DNA from: Patescibacteria group bacterium
GTDB lineage: Bacteria > Patescibacteriota > Dojkabacteria > J137
Direction: 5' to 3'
Length of the DNA: 64,000 nt
Assembly (NCBI GenBank): GCA_963169855.1
Contig: CAUJCN010000001.1
Location: 81,828-145,827, forward strand
The notes under the pieces were generated by a model that did no database searches, was not told where the DNA came from, and worked only from the letters and a program-made list of their open reading frames with translations. The position numbers and the translations under genes were made by a program. This document shows positions 1-11,100 of this stretch, in pieces. Numbering within the stretch: the first letter of the stretch is position 1; each line of letters starts with the position of its first letter.

Positions 1-3
1 TTT

Positions 4-312
4 ATGCAACAAGGAAAGGTAAAACACTATAATCTTGAAAAGGGTTATGGATTTATTAAAGCAGATGACGGAAAAGAAGTATTCTTCCACATCACTGGTT
101 TAGATAAAAGCTGGGGACAGACTGTACCTGATAAGGACATGACTGTTACTTTCGAAGTAGTAGACGGAGATAGAGGACCAAAAGCAATCAACGTTACTCT
201 AGCTGGAGCTACTGCTGATACAGAAGCTGTAGAAGGAGAAGAAGCAACTAATGTTGTTGATTTCCCTGTAACAGAGGATTCTGAAGACATGGATATGGAA
301 GAAGCTGCTTAA
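4..312 (+). CDS. cspA: Cold-shock domain protein with acidic C-terminal tail
   Basis: GKVKHYN..KGYGFI...VFFHITG...GDRGPKAINV cold-shock RNP motifs; the last ~35 aa are D/E-rich. Confidence 0.9.
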   Translation: MQQGKVKHYNLEKGYGFIKADDGKEVFFHITGLDKSWGQTVPDKDMTVTFEVVDGDRGPKAINVTLAGATADTEAVEGEEATNVVDFPVTEDSEDMDMEEAA

Positions 313-334
313 TCGCAACTTTCAAATTGAAATT

Positions 335-359
335 AAAGAGGAGCGAAAGCTCCTCTTTT
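335..359 (+). terminator. Rho-independent terminator after the csp gene
   Basis: AAAGAGGAGC-GAAA-GCTCCTCTTTT hairpin with GNRA loop and T tract. Confidence 0.85.
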
Positions 360-395
360 CTATGCTGATTAATTCGTGGTGAGCTGAGTCTAACC

Positions 396-1154
396 ATGAT
401 ATTATTAAGTATGATTCTATTTGTATTCGGAATAAGCATAGCAGTAAACATCTTTTTCTTCATTTTCGCAGCCAAATTTAAAACTGACAAAGTAACGGAC
501 TTATCTTACGGATTATCTTTTATAGCAGTAATCTTAGCGACACTTCTAGTTTCGGGGAATTTCACTTTAGTAAATATTGTAGTCAGTTCGATGATTTGCT
601 TATGGGCTATTAGACTTGCAGGTTTTTTGTTCATGAGAATAAATAAGATGAAGAGAGACAAGAGATTTGATGGTATCAGAGAAAATTTTTGGTCATTTTT
701 AAAATTTTGGGTTTTGCAGGCGTTAAGTGTAGGTATAATAATACTACCTGCAGTGTTGATAATTCCTAAAAACGAAAATAGTTTAACCGTGCTTTCCTTT
801 ATTGGACTTGGATTATGGATCTTTGGTTTAGTTTTAGAAGCCGTTGCTGATCAACAGAAATTCAATTTTAAAAACAAACCTGAAAACGAAGGTAGATTTA
901 TAACTACGGGTGTGTGGAAGTATTCACGTCATCCTAACTATCTAGGTGAAATAATGTGCTGGTGGGGAGTATTTATATTCTGCATTTCTTTTTTAAGTGG
1001 AGTAGAATTACTTTCAACAATAAGTCCTTTATACATAACCTTGCTTTTACTATTTGTAACTGGAATACCTACAATAGAAAATAAATATAGGGATAATGAT
1101 GAGTATAAAAGGTACGCTGAAAAAACGGGTGTCTTGTTACCAAAAATCTTATGA
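396..1154 (+). CDS. DUF1295 / steroid 5-alpha-reductase-like membrane protein
   Basis: Multiple TM segments; D..Y, W..RL, D.RF, EAVADQQK and G.WKYSRHPNYLGE motifs. Confidence 0.9.
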   Translation: MILLSMILFVFGISIAVNIFFFIFAAKFKTDKVTDLSYGLSFIAVILATLLVSGNFTLVNIVVSSMICLWAIRLAGFLFMRINKMKRDKRFDGIRENFWSFLKFWVLQALSVGIIILPAVLIIPKNENSLTVLSFIGLGLWIFGLVLEAVADQQKFNFKNKPENEGRFITTGVWKYSRHPNYLGEIMCWWGVFIFCISFLSGVELLSTISPLYITLLLLFVTGIPTIENKYRDNDEYKRYAEKTGVLLPKIL

Positions 1155-2815
1155 TCAAGTGGATTATCATTTTAATCATTCTTTTTGCTTCAGTATTTAT
1201 CAATGGAACTCCATTTATATTTGGTGATGGTTATGGCTACTATCATACTGCTAAAACAATTTCTGATGAAGGGAGATTCGTAACGCAGACAAAACCCGAG
1301 TACTTTCCCTATACCGGCCACGCTGTAAACTTAGACGATAGAGGGAATTATTCAACTGACTACCCTTTTGGCAATACGATTTTTTGGCTCCCAGCTCTAA
1401 CAATTTCAAAAGTAATTAATACTCAAGATACATATTACACAGCTTTCAATGGGCATAGTTTGAATGATGGTCTAGCGATTTTAATAACTTCTACCATTGT
1501 TTTGTTCTTTACACTTGTTCTGACATTCAAAATTCTTAGAAAACTAGGATTCTCTAGTAGGAATTCATTTCTATCACTAACCCTTGTGTACATTTCGATG
1601 TATGCATTCTCTTATCTATATTATTATTCTAGTTACGCTCACATTAACGAATTGTTTTCATTCACTTTATTAATATACTTATTTCTAAAAACCGCCGAAG
1701 TTGGGTCTAGTCGGAATTTTATTCTTTTTGGATTCACTATAAGTTTACTAACTGTAACTCGACCTGTAGATATTGTTGCAGTCATCCCTTTTGCAATTTA
1801 CTTAATCTATAAACATAAATTCAAGGCTGTTCGGAATATTGTTATAGGTGGAATTCCTTTGGGAGTATTATTCCTTTACTACAATTACGTTTCTTTTGGA
1901 TCACCTTTCGCAATGGGTCATAATGCGGCTCAACTATCTTTAAGTAATTTCAATATTGTTCATTTTTTATTTTCTGATATTAGAGGTTTATTTATCTGGT
2001 CGCCACTTTTGATTCTTGGGATGATTAAACTTATTCACTTGGGATTCACAGACAAACAGTTAATTTACAGACTTGTATTAGTATCATTCTTACTATTACT
2101 TGGTATCTACAACTTCTGGCCAAATTGGTGGGGTGGAGACTCTTTAGGACAGCGTTTTGTAATAATTGCTGCACCAATATTTGCTTTGGTATTAGCTAAA
2201 TTATTCAGTGACTGGAGACCAAAAAAAATAGTTTTTTGGTTTACCATTACGATTTCCATATTGCTAACTAGTTTTTCTGCACTAGTTCAAATACTTTATA
2301 GAGTTACACCCGTTATGGAAATCAATTATGAAGGAGTCCAAGTTGGAGAATTCTTAATTCCTAAAGAAGAGCGATTTACTCCATTCGACATAATTCAGTA
2401 TCATTCTAGGGCTTTGAACGAAAACACTTCACTAACTGAATACGGGAAATTTTTAATGAATAGTTTTAATGGAGGAAGAAGCTTATTATTATTAACAATT
2501 GGACAAACGGATCCACTAGTTATTGCTATTGCCGAAGGTGATGATTTAAATATCAAACTTATTCCAAATACAAAAGGTAGTCTACCTTCTTTCATAACTA
2601 TTTGGTTTTCATACAAAGGAAGCACTTATTTACTAAATCAACATGAGTTTAGAACTCAGGAGATAAAAATTAACTGCGCTGAATCATGCAAGTCTGATCA
2701 AGCATCTATTCAAGAATTTGATAAAATGGAATTAGTTCCTGTCAACGAAGACTTCGGAATTGGAATACAAAGTACTTCAAGAGTAAATCTAATTAATCGA
2801 AAGTTGAAGATATGA
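1151..2815 (+). CDS. GT-C-fold polytopic membrane glycosyltransferase-like protein
   Basis: GDGYGYY in the first loop, YP.G, many TM helices, RGLFIWSP, WWGG..GQRF; paralogous motifs in 3192..4526. Confidence 0.7.
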   Translation: MIKWIIILIILFASVFINGTPFIFGDGYGYYHTAKTISDEGRFVTQTKPEYFPYTGHAVNLDDRGNYSTDYPFGNTIFWLPALTISKVINTQDTYYTAFNGHSLNDGLAILITSTIVLFFTLVLTFKILRKLGFSSRNSFLSLTLVYISMYAFSYLYYYSSYAHINELFSFTLLIYLFLKTAEVGSSRNFILFGFTISLLTVTRPVDIVAVIPFAIYLIYKHKFKAVRNIVIGGIPLGVLFLYYNYVSFGSPFAMGHNAAQLSLSNFNIVHFLFSDIRGLFIWSPLLILGMIKLIHLGFTDKQLIYRLVLVSFLLLLGIYNFWPNWWGGDSLGQRFVIIAAPIFALVLAKLFSDWRPKKIVFWFTITISILLTSFSALVQILYRVTPVMEINYEGVQVGEFLIPKEERFTPFDIIQYHSRALNENTSLTEYGKFLMNSFNGGRSLLLLTIGQTDPLVIAIAEGDDLNIKLIPNTKGSLPSFITIWFSYKGSTYLLNQHEFRTQEIKINCAESCKSDQASIQEFDKMELVPVNEDFGIGIQSTSRVNLINRKLKI

Positions 2816-2822
2816 TAAATAA

Positions 2823-3185
2823 TTAAGTGATCGGAAAGATTTCTTTCTCAATCGATACTCGTTGTTCAACAATCATCTCCATTACCTCTATAACTCTTAC
2901 TCCTTTGGTTTCCGCATACTTTGAAATCTTTAGAAATAGAAGAGGGTAGTAATCTTTTAACATATCTAACTTGATCATTTCAGGATCTCTTCCCTTTGCT
3001 AAGTAAGCTATCCCAGAAAATTTTGTTATTAAGGTATAGTCCGCATTATCCAGTTCTTGCTGAGTACAATAAGGTCTCATAGCCGAATAGATATTCCCAT
3101 CATTCTCGAATTTTCTATTTGGATCGTTATCCACATGTGCTCCTCTCATCATGTGTTCGTGTGTAATTCCTGCTCTTGATTCCAT
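2823..3185 (-). CDS. Hypothetical protein
   Basis: 120-aa ORF filling the gap between two genes; no motif recognised. Confidence 0.55.
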   Translation of the reverse strand: MESRAGITHEHMMRGAHVDNDPNRKFENDGNIYSAMRPYCTQQELDNADYTLITKFSGIAYLAKGRDPEMIKLDMLKDYYPLLFLKISKYAETKGVRVIEVMEMIVEQRVSIEKEIFPIT

Positions 3186-3191
3186 AATATT

Positions 3192-4526
3192 TTATCTAAC
3201 TGCTTCACAGCCTTGACCAGGAATTGCTCCTATACAAAGCTTCATAAATATTTTACCGTAGGCTTCTGCAGTCATTCCATCAGGGTTTAAAATTCCTCGC
3301 CAGTATTGTTGCATAGAATTCATGTTCAGTATGATTAAGAATGCAAACAATGCTCCGAAGAAATAAAGTACAAACTTCTTTTGATGCCTTAACCACTTGA
3401 TAAAGTATGCGAATGGCAGTGCAAAGAATATAATAAATTCTGTAAACGCTCTGTGACCAAAAGCAAATCCAAAAGACCAAGCCCACCAAGATGAAACTAT
3501 GTAAATTTGAAGAAGAATCATAGCAGGAATTAGGAATCGGAACTTATCTTTTTCCTTGAACATGAAGTAAATTCCTGGAACTGTTAATAAAAGCATTGGA
3601 GTCCATAGGAATAATCCTTTTCTAAAACTGAATAACACATTGAAGATTTCTGGATGGAAGAAGTCGAAGTATTCTCCTTGATAAGAAAATACTAACCAAT
3701 TTCCTGTTACTAGCTTCCAGTAGAGCATTTGAATAAAGAACACCAGAAATGCCGATAATCCCATTATTAAGAACTGTTTCCAGTATTCTTTGACTATTCT
3801 TCCCAAGCTAAAATTTTTGAATAGCTTATAGGCTATTATCAAGAATAAAAGTCCAACTATTATGTTTGTTTGCCTCACAGTTACAATCAAACCAAAAGTC
3901 AGTCCTAATCTTAAAAAGTAGAATAGACTTTTTTTGTCTAATGTAAAATCATCTATTAAATACAGCAGGTAAGCAAATGATGCGAAACTGAAAATATGGC
4001 TGAATGAAACATCGTAAGTAGAGTAGTGAATAATATTTGTTGTCAAGAAAATCAAACCTAGTGTTACGATAGTAACTTTTTCTGAAAACCTTTTACTCAA
4101 AAACTTCCAAAGAAAGTAGAATCCTACGAGACAAGCAACAATTCCACTTACGAGAACCATAAATTGGTACGGTCCTGCATATTGATCAAATCCACCACCA
4201 AAGAAAATACTGTTTGCTGCATTTGCAATCACATAGCCGGGAGTTTGTAACAATGCGACTCCAATCGGATATTTGTTCAAATAGTTTCCGTTTTCCTGAA
4301 GTAATAATCTACCGGCTGCTTCGTCTTCCCAAGGTTGTGGCAAATCTGCCATTTGGGATTCTCCAGAAATATCAGCATAATGAAAAATTGATGGGAGATA
4401 GGCATAGTAACCCCAGCCATCGGATGAAATTGCAGTCCAGTTAGAACCAAAAGCCTTTAGAAAAAAGGAACCTGAGATTAGAACTATTACGATAAAAATA
4501 AGTAGGTGTCTAAATCTAATTTTCAT
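3192..4526 (-). CDS. GT-C-fold polytopic membrane glycosyltransferase-like protein
   Basis: SDGWGYYAYLPS, NKYPIG, SH..SF, KGLFLWTP, WWAWSFG..FGHR; about 10 TM segments. Confidence 0.75.
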   Translation of the reverse strand: MKIRFRHLLIFIVIVLISGSFFLKAFGSNWTAISSDGWGYYAYLPSIFHYADISGESQMADLPQPWEDEAAGRLLLQENGNYLNKYPIGVALLQTPGYVIANAANSIFFGGGFDQYAGPYQFMVLVSGIVACLVGFYFLWKFLSKRFSEKVTIVTLGLIFLTTNIIHYSTYDVSFSHIFSFASFAYLLYLIDDFTLDKKSLFYFLRLGLTFGLIVTVRQTNIIVGLLFLIIAYKLFKNFSLGRIVKEYWKQFLIMGLSAFLVFFIQMLYWKLVTGNWLVFSYQGEYFDFFHPEIFNVLFSFRKGLFLWTPMLLLTVPGIYFMFKEKDKFRFLIPAMILLQIYIVSSWWAWSFGFAFGHRAFTEFIIFFALPFAYFIKWLRHQKKFVLYFFGALFAFLIILNMNSMQQYWRGILNPDGMTAEAYGKIFMKLCIGAIPGQGCEAVR

Positions 4527-4558
4527 ACTAGGACAATAATTTTTTATTATAGCAGAAT

Positions 4559-5149
4559 TTAAACAAGTAAAACTCCCACCATGAATGCCAAACAGGCCGC
4601 GAGACCTCCTATTAAAACTGTTTCCAGAACTGATCTTAGTGGACTTGATTTTAGAATGAAAGATTTTAAGTAACCTAACATCGATAGTGCGAATACAACA
4701 AGAATTGCAGAAAAAATCGCTTTTACATCGTGTTGTAGAGCTGAAAGGAAGTATGGAAGTAGTGGAATAACCCCGAAAATTGTAAATGATGTAAACGTTG
4801 CAATACCAGAAAGCAAAGGAGTTTTCTTCCGTTGCTGGTTACCAACTGTTTTCAAAATCATTTCTACATCATCAGTCGAGAATTTCTTTGAAAGTTCTTT
4901 CTTAACGTCACTAACATCTTGCGTAGATAGTTCCAGTTCTGCTCTTTGAGAAAGGTAGTTTCCAATACCCATAGAAAATGCATCCGCCAACAGATTTGCC
5001 ATTCCAAATAGAAGCACAACTCCAATTCCAAGAGGGATTGCTTCTGGAGAAGAGTTAGCACCAACAAAGCCAGAAACTATCGCAAAGGTAGTTATAATGC
5101 CATCGTTGCCACCGTAAACAATTTCTGAAAGGAATGTTTTGAGTATCAT
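4559..5149 (-). CDS. VIT1/CCC1 family Fe/Mn transporter
   Basis: [26 protein letters not shown] and G.IPLLPY motifs. Confidence 0.92.
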   Translation of the reverse strand: MILKTFLSEIVYGGNDGIITTFAIVSGFVGANSSPEAIPLGIGVVLLFGMANLLADAFSMGIGNYLSQRAELELSTQDVSDVKKELSKKFSTDDVEMILKTVGNQQRKKTPLLSGIATFTSFTIFGVIPLLPYFLSALQHDVKAIFSAILVVFALSMLGYLKSFILKSSPLRSVLETVLIGGLAACLAFMVGVLLV

Positions 5150-5158
5150 TATTAGGTA

Positions 5159-8100
5159 TTATCGTCCAAGAGAAATCCAGTTAAACTCAACAGGAACTTC
5201 TAAAGCGGCATCTAGAATAATATCGAATGAAGTCTCTGTAATATTTCCAACATAGTAATCAACTCTTCGTCCAATCGGAGATGCTGTAACTACAGGTACA
5301 GTATTGAATGGAGTAGAGAATGTTACAGTCACAAATGTTAATCCGGTTTCAATTGTCGCTACACCTGCAGTATCTTCTGAAACATTTAATTTTCCAAGAA
5401 CTCTAACATTTCCAGAAGCAATCAAGTTTCCTACAGACAGATTACTCAAATCTATCGAAGCTGATCCACCCTGTAATAAAGAAACTGTTCCTTCAAGTGA
5501 AGCTAATCGTGTTTCAACATCAACTAATCGTGCCTCGTGAGTCTGGAATATTGTTAGTGAAGATTGAATGTTATTAATTGTTTGTTGTATTGAAACATTT
5601 GTATTTTGTAAATCTAGTATTGTCGATCTAATTCCTTGAAGATCTGTTGGAACAGCACTCAATGTATTTAAGCTTGCTTCAACAGCATCAACTCTACCTT
5701 CATTTTCGTTAACTTGAACTTCAACATTTTGTAATCGTCCTTCCTGAGTTTGAACAGCATCGGTCAAGATTGCAGACATTAATTCATAGTTAACTCCTTC
5801 AATTCTTCCATCTCTTGAGAATGCTAATCGTGGATCTACTACATTTACTTCTTCCGCAATAAATCCTAAGCTTCTTGAACCATCACTATTCTTTGTAAAT
5901 TGAACTGGTCTTAATCCCATTACTGTATCTAATCCATTGTTTAAATCAGAAATATTACTCTTATATCTTTCAGAAGAAACATTACAAACTCCCGCCTGAA
6001 CAACAATTACTCCTGAGGCATCTGTACAAACGTAACTTGTAGAAGCACCTCCGTTTGTAAGTTGACTTACATCCAATTCTCCATTTGCATTCAAAGACAT
6101 TCTAGCAACAAGGTTTGTAGTGAAATCGATACCGTTATTTACAGTTGTTCCAAGTGTGTAGTTACCACCTAAACCATCTGTCTGATTTCCATCTAACATC
6201 CAGAATGTAAATTCAGAGTCTGTCCAGTTTGCTGCTCCTCCAGCTCCTCCTGATAACAACACATCGCCGATGTTACCTGCGTTACCATTTGCTCTAAGCT
6301 CTCTTTCAAAGAACACATCTCCATTCCAAGTAACATAGAAAGCTGTGCTTCTGGTTAGATCATCTTCTCCGTTTCCAATAATAAATATTTGTTCATTGTC
6401 TGTAATCGCCTCAGTATAAGTTTGAGAAGCATTAGCACCATTTCTAATTGCGTAACTACCCATGATGGTCTGTACATACGTATCACTAACAAAACTACTT
6501 AAAGTTGTGTCCGTACCAGATCCGGTGATGTTACCAATACCGAATACTGTTGCTCCTGGTCCAGTACCTACATTCTGTAATCCCCAAACTGTGTTACCCA
6601 TGCCCGTCACTATATTTTGGCTACCCCACGCTGTAGAAAGAGTAGCAGATGGCGCAACTACATTTTCATCCCCGAATACAGTAGAATTTACACCAGAAGC
6701 GACATTTGACTCTCCCCATGTAGTTGAATTTTGTCCATCAGCAACATTTCCTAAACCAAATGCTGTTGCTTGTGAAGCGTTTGCCAAAGTGTTTGCTCCA
6801 AAAGCTGTTCCGTTTTCAAAAACAGCACCTGGATCAACATTTGTTTGATCTCCCCATGCCATACTATTCAGCCCTCTTGTTTGTGTTAGGTTACCAAATG
6901 CAGTATTATTTGAGCCAATTGCTTGAGCACCATTACCGAATGCTGTTGAATTTGTTCCTTGAGCCACTGTTTGGAAACCAAATGCAGTAGATTGTTCTGC
7001 CATAGATTGTGTTCCTCTTCCAAATGCTAATGAATTATCTCCACTTGCTGAAGTTTGATATCCGAAAGAAGTAGCTTGATCTGCTTCAGCTCTAGTGTCA
7101 AATCCAAATGCTGTTGCATTATCTACATTAGCTGTAAAGAATCCAGCAAGAGTACTTGTTCCCCATGCTGTTGATGCAAATGATTGAGAACCCACAGTAG
7201 TGAATCTACCAAATGCTGTAGAAGTATCTCCCAATGCCTCAGAAGTAAATCCAAATGCTGTTGAGTTTGTTCCTTGGGCCACTGAGTTTTCACCCCATGC
7301 TGTTGATTGGTCACCTTGCGATTGTGTTAGTAGACCAAATGCAGTAGAGTTTATTCCGTAAGCCTGTGATTGATTTCCAAATGCAGTTGCTTGATTTGCC
7401 TCCGCTTGAGTTTGATTTCCAAATGCCAAAGCGTTTGCAACATTCATAGTCATTACCCCAGCAGAAGTATCTGTACCAAAAGCCGTAGATGCTAATGAAT
7501 TTACTCCTACATTTGAAATTCTACCAAATGCTGTTGCATACTCTCCAAGAGCCTGTGTTGTAAATCCAAATGCTGTTGAGCCTATTCCTTGTGCCAGTGT
7601 ATCATCTCCAAATGCAGTCGAATTATCATTTAAAGCTTGGGTAGAAAATCCAAAGGCTGTTGAATTAAGTCCCTGTGCTGACGTTTGGTTTCCAAATGCT
7701 GTTGCCTGATCATCTTGTGCTTGAGTTTGGTTTCCAAATGCAAGTGCATTCTCTACACCCGGTGCCGAAGTTCCTGCTTCAGTAGCTGTACCAAATGCAG
7801 TTGAATTAGTTGAACCAAATCCAACTATCGAATTTTGTCCAAAAGCTGTTCCATTATCACCCAATGCTTGTGTCTGTGTTCCAAATGCTGTTGCTGAAAT
7901 TCCACTAGAAAGCGTGTCTTCTCCCCATGATGTTGATTGGTCTCCGTTAGCCACTGTTCCAAAACCGAATGCAATTGAATTTGTTGCTTGAGCCTGAGTT
8001 TGAGTTCCAAATGAAGTAGCTCCTGGACCTGAAGCAACGGTTGTATTTCCCCAAGCTGTGGCATTTATATCTTGAGCAAAGGAACCTGTACCCCAAGCAG

Positions 8101-11100
8101 TTGAATTCTGTCCTGTCGCTTCGTTTTGTTGACCCCAAGACATTGAACCGGTGCCAGAAGCAGTTGTATCTAGACCAAATGCCGTTGAATAATCTCCAAC
8201 ATTTGCATCACCCCACTGAAATCCGTTTGCAGTACCAGCTCTAAATGCGGATCTTCCAGGTGCCCAATACATTCTAGTTGTGGAACTGAATACTGCTGGG
8301 ACAGGATCTCCACTTAGATTACCTTCAAAAAGAACGTTTGTTGGATCTCCGTTAGAGATTATATGGAGTTTCTCTTGAGGATCTGCAACACCAATTCCAA
8401 AGTTTCCAATTCCTGACCAGCCAATGCTGTTTCCTGCAAGTGGAACTTCTGTATCAAATAGTAAACTTGCGTTTGTAGCTTCTGGGCTACCCACAGCTCC
8501 ACCTAATCTTATTCTGTCCGCAACTGGGTCTACTTGCAAACCATTGTCTGCTAATGCAGAGATTGTGCTGCCTGTTATGTCTATACCATCTCCACCTACT
8601 AGACTTCCTCCTCCAAAACAAGAGAACCACGCCCCGTTGTTTTCTGAACACTGAAATGTGTTTGAAAGAGTATCAAAATACATGGACCCTGCACCAAAAG
8701 GTGAAACTGCTGGTGCAAATCCACCGTACAAGGTCATCTTTGCGTCCCAGCCTACCGAGAATGCATTATTTCTTGCAAAGTCACTCGTTCCATTACCTAT
8801 TATAAATGCCTGATCGGATTGATCAAAGGCAAGTGAGTTACCTGAAACTGTATTAAAACGACCAATTGTGGTCTGAGCAAATCCTTGTGATTCAGTACTT
8901 TCTCCAAATGCAACGGCTCTCTCTCCCGATGCAGTAGCTCCATCACCCATTGCAATAGATACAGTTCCACCAGCAGTTACTTGCGAACCCATTGCGATAG
9001 AAGAGAAGCCATTTGCTGTAGCTCCGTTACCAAAGGCTGTTGCAAAGTTTGCATTTGCTTGCACAACATTACCATACGCAAATGAACTATCTCCCATTGC
9101 CTGTGAATTGTTACCTCCAACAAAAGAAGCAGTACCAGATGAAATATTTTGCAAACCGAATGCTACTGACATTGTTCCTGATGCTTGCGCATTTTGTCCA
9201 AATGCAAAAGCTTCTCTATCAGATGCTGTTGATGTAAATCCACCTGCAAATGAATTCTGACCAGATGCGATAGTTCCTTCACCTAAAGCTATAGCTCCAT
9301 CACCTTGTGCTGAAGTCCCTACTCCTAGAGAGGTTGCGTATGATCCAAATGCACTAGTTGTATTACCAAAAGAAGTAGATCCAATTCCTGTTGCATTATT
9401 ATTGTTTCCAAATGCAGTTGCATAGTCTGCAGATACATCGTTGGAGAAGCCCCAAACTCCAGCCGAGCTTGCATTAAAATTAATATTATTCATATTTCCA
9501 GCACCAAAGTTTGTAGAACCCTGAATGTTGTTTCCTGAACCTCCTACTAGCGAATAAAATGCTGGAACAGTATTACTAGATCCCGATACAAGGGAAGCCT
9601 GACCTGTAACTTGATTAGCTTGTCCAAAAACTGCAGAATCGTCTGCACCGAAAATTTGATGACTTTGTCCACCAGCTACTATTCTTGCTCCTGCTGCCAT
9701 TTGATTAAATCCAAAAATGGCGCCATCATTCACTCCAATATTATTGTTATTAGATCCACCTAGAATAGTATTTACCCCAAATGGCATTAAAGTATTAGAA
9801 GATCCAAATACAATTGAATTCTGTCCCCCATTAGTATTCGTATTTCCAGTTGTTATAGAATCTGTACCAGTAATTGAATTACCTTGACCAATTCCTAAAG
9901 ACCTGTTTGAGCCTGTCATTGTGTTACCTTGACCTGAAAGTATAGAGTTAACAGATGTTTGACTTTGGTTTAAATTACCACCGACTAAAGTGCTGTCGCT
10001 ACCCATATCAATATTGTTCGATGAACCGTAAACTATAGAAGAGATACTTCCTGTTATATTGTCTGTTCCTGCAGCCACAGAGAATGGTCCGTTGGCTTGT
10101 GTATTATTTCCAAAAGACGTTGCACCGAATGATGTTGCCTGCGTATTTTGACCAAATGCTAATGAGTTATTTCCAGAAGCAGTATTACCTTGTCCAAATG
10201 AGGTTGAGTATTCTCCTTGTGCAGTAGTATTTTGACCAAATGCAGTTGCTCCTGTACCTGAAGAAATATTATTGTTTCCGAAAGCAGTACCATAAGAATT
10301 AACAACCTCATTACTAAAGCCCCATGTCGCAGCGTTTTCAGATCCCATCATTATTTGGTTTTGTTGGCCGGCTGCAAAATGTTGCAATCCGCTCACCTGA
10401 TTCATCATTCCACCAACAAGACTAAAGTTGGAGAAGTTTTGATTGGCTTGACCACCTGTAATCGACCCTTGATTTTGGACTTGATTTCCTTGTCCAAAAA
10501 CTGCGACATCGTTCGAAAAGTTAACTTGATTAAATTGTCCTCCAACAACCACTCTTTGACCACTTACGGTTTGTGTAACTCCAAAAACTGCTGAGTTTTC
10601 TGCATCTACATTATTGTTTCCCTGGCCCCCAACTATAGAATTGTTGGTGGTTGGTACAGTTGTGTTGTTTTGACCAAAAACAATCCCCCTTTGGCCGGTA
10701 CTTGTATTAGCTTCTCCTATTGTAAATGAAGTGGCACCACTTACTGTGTTACCAACTCCTGCTACTATTGCTGCAGATGCTCCATTAAGGTTATTGCTTT
10801 GCCCAAACAGTGCTGAGTTAGAAGAGGCTCCTATTGCAACATTTGTATTACCTCCTGCAATTGTATTTTCACTAGACATGTCTACTGCACTACTTTGACC
10901 AAACGCTATTGAATTTGTTCCAAAAGCAAAAGTTCCATTTCCAGCAGCAATCGAATTCATACCATTTGCTTGTGTATTCTGGCCAAATGCAGTAGCACCT
11001 TGATTAGTTGCTTGAGTATTAAAGCCGAATGCCGCAGAGTTGATTCCACTAGCTGTCGTATTAACTCCAAAAGCTGAAGCACCCGCAGCAGTCGCTGAAG

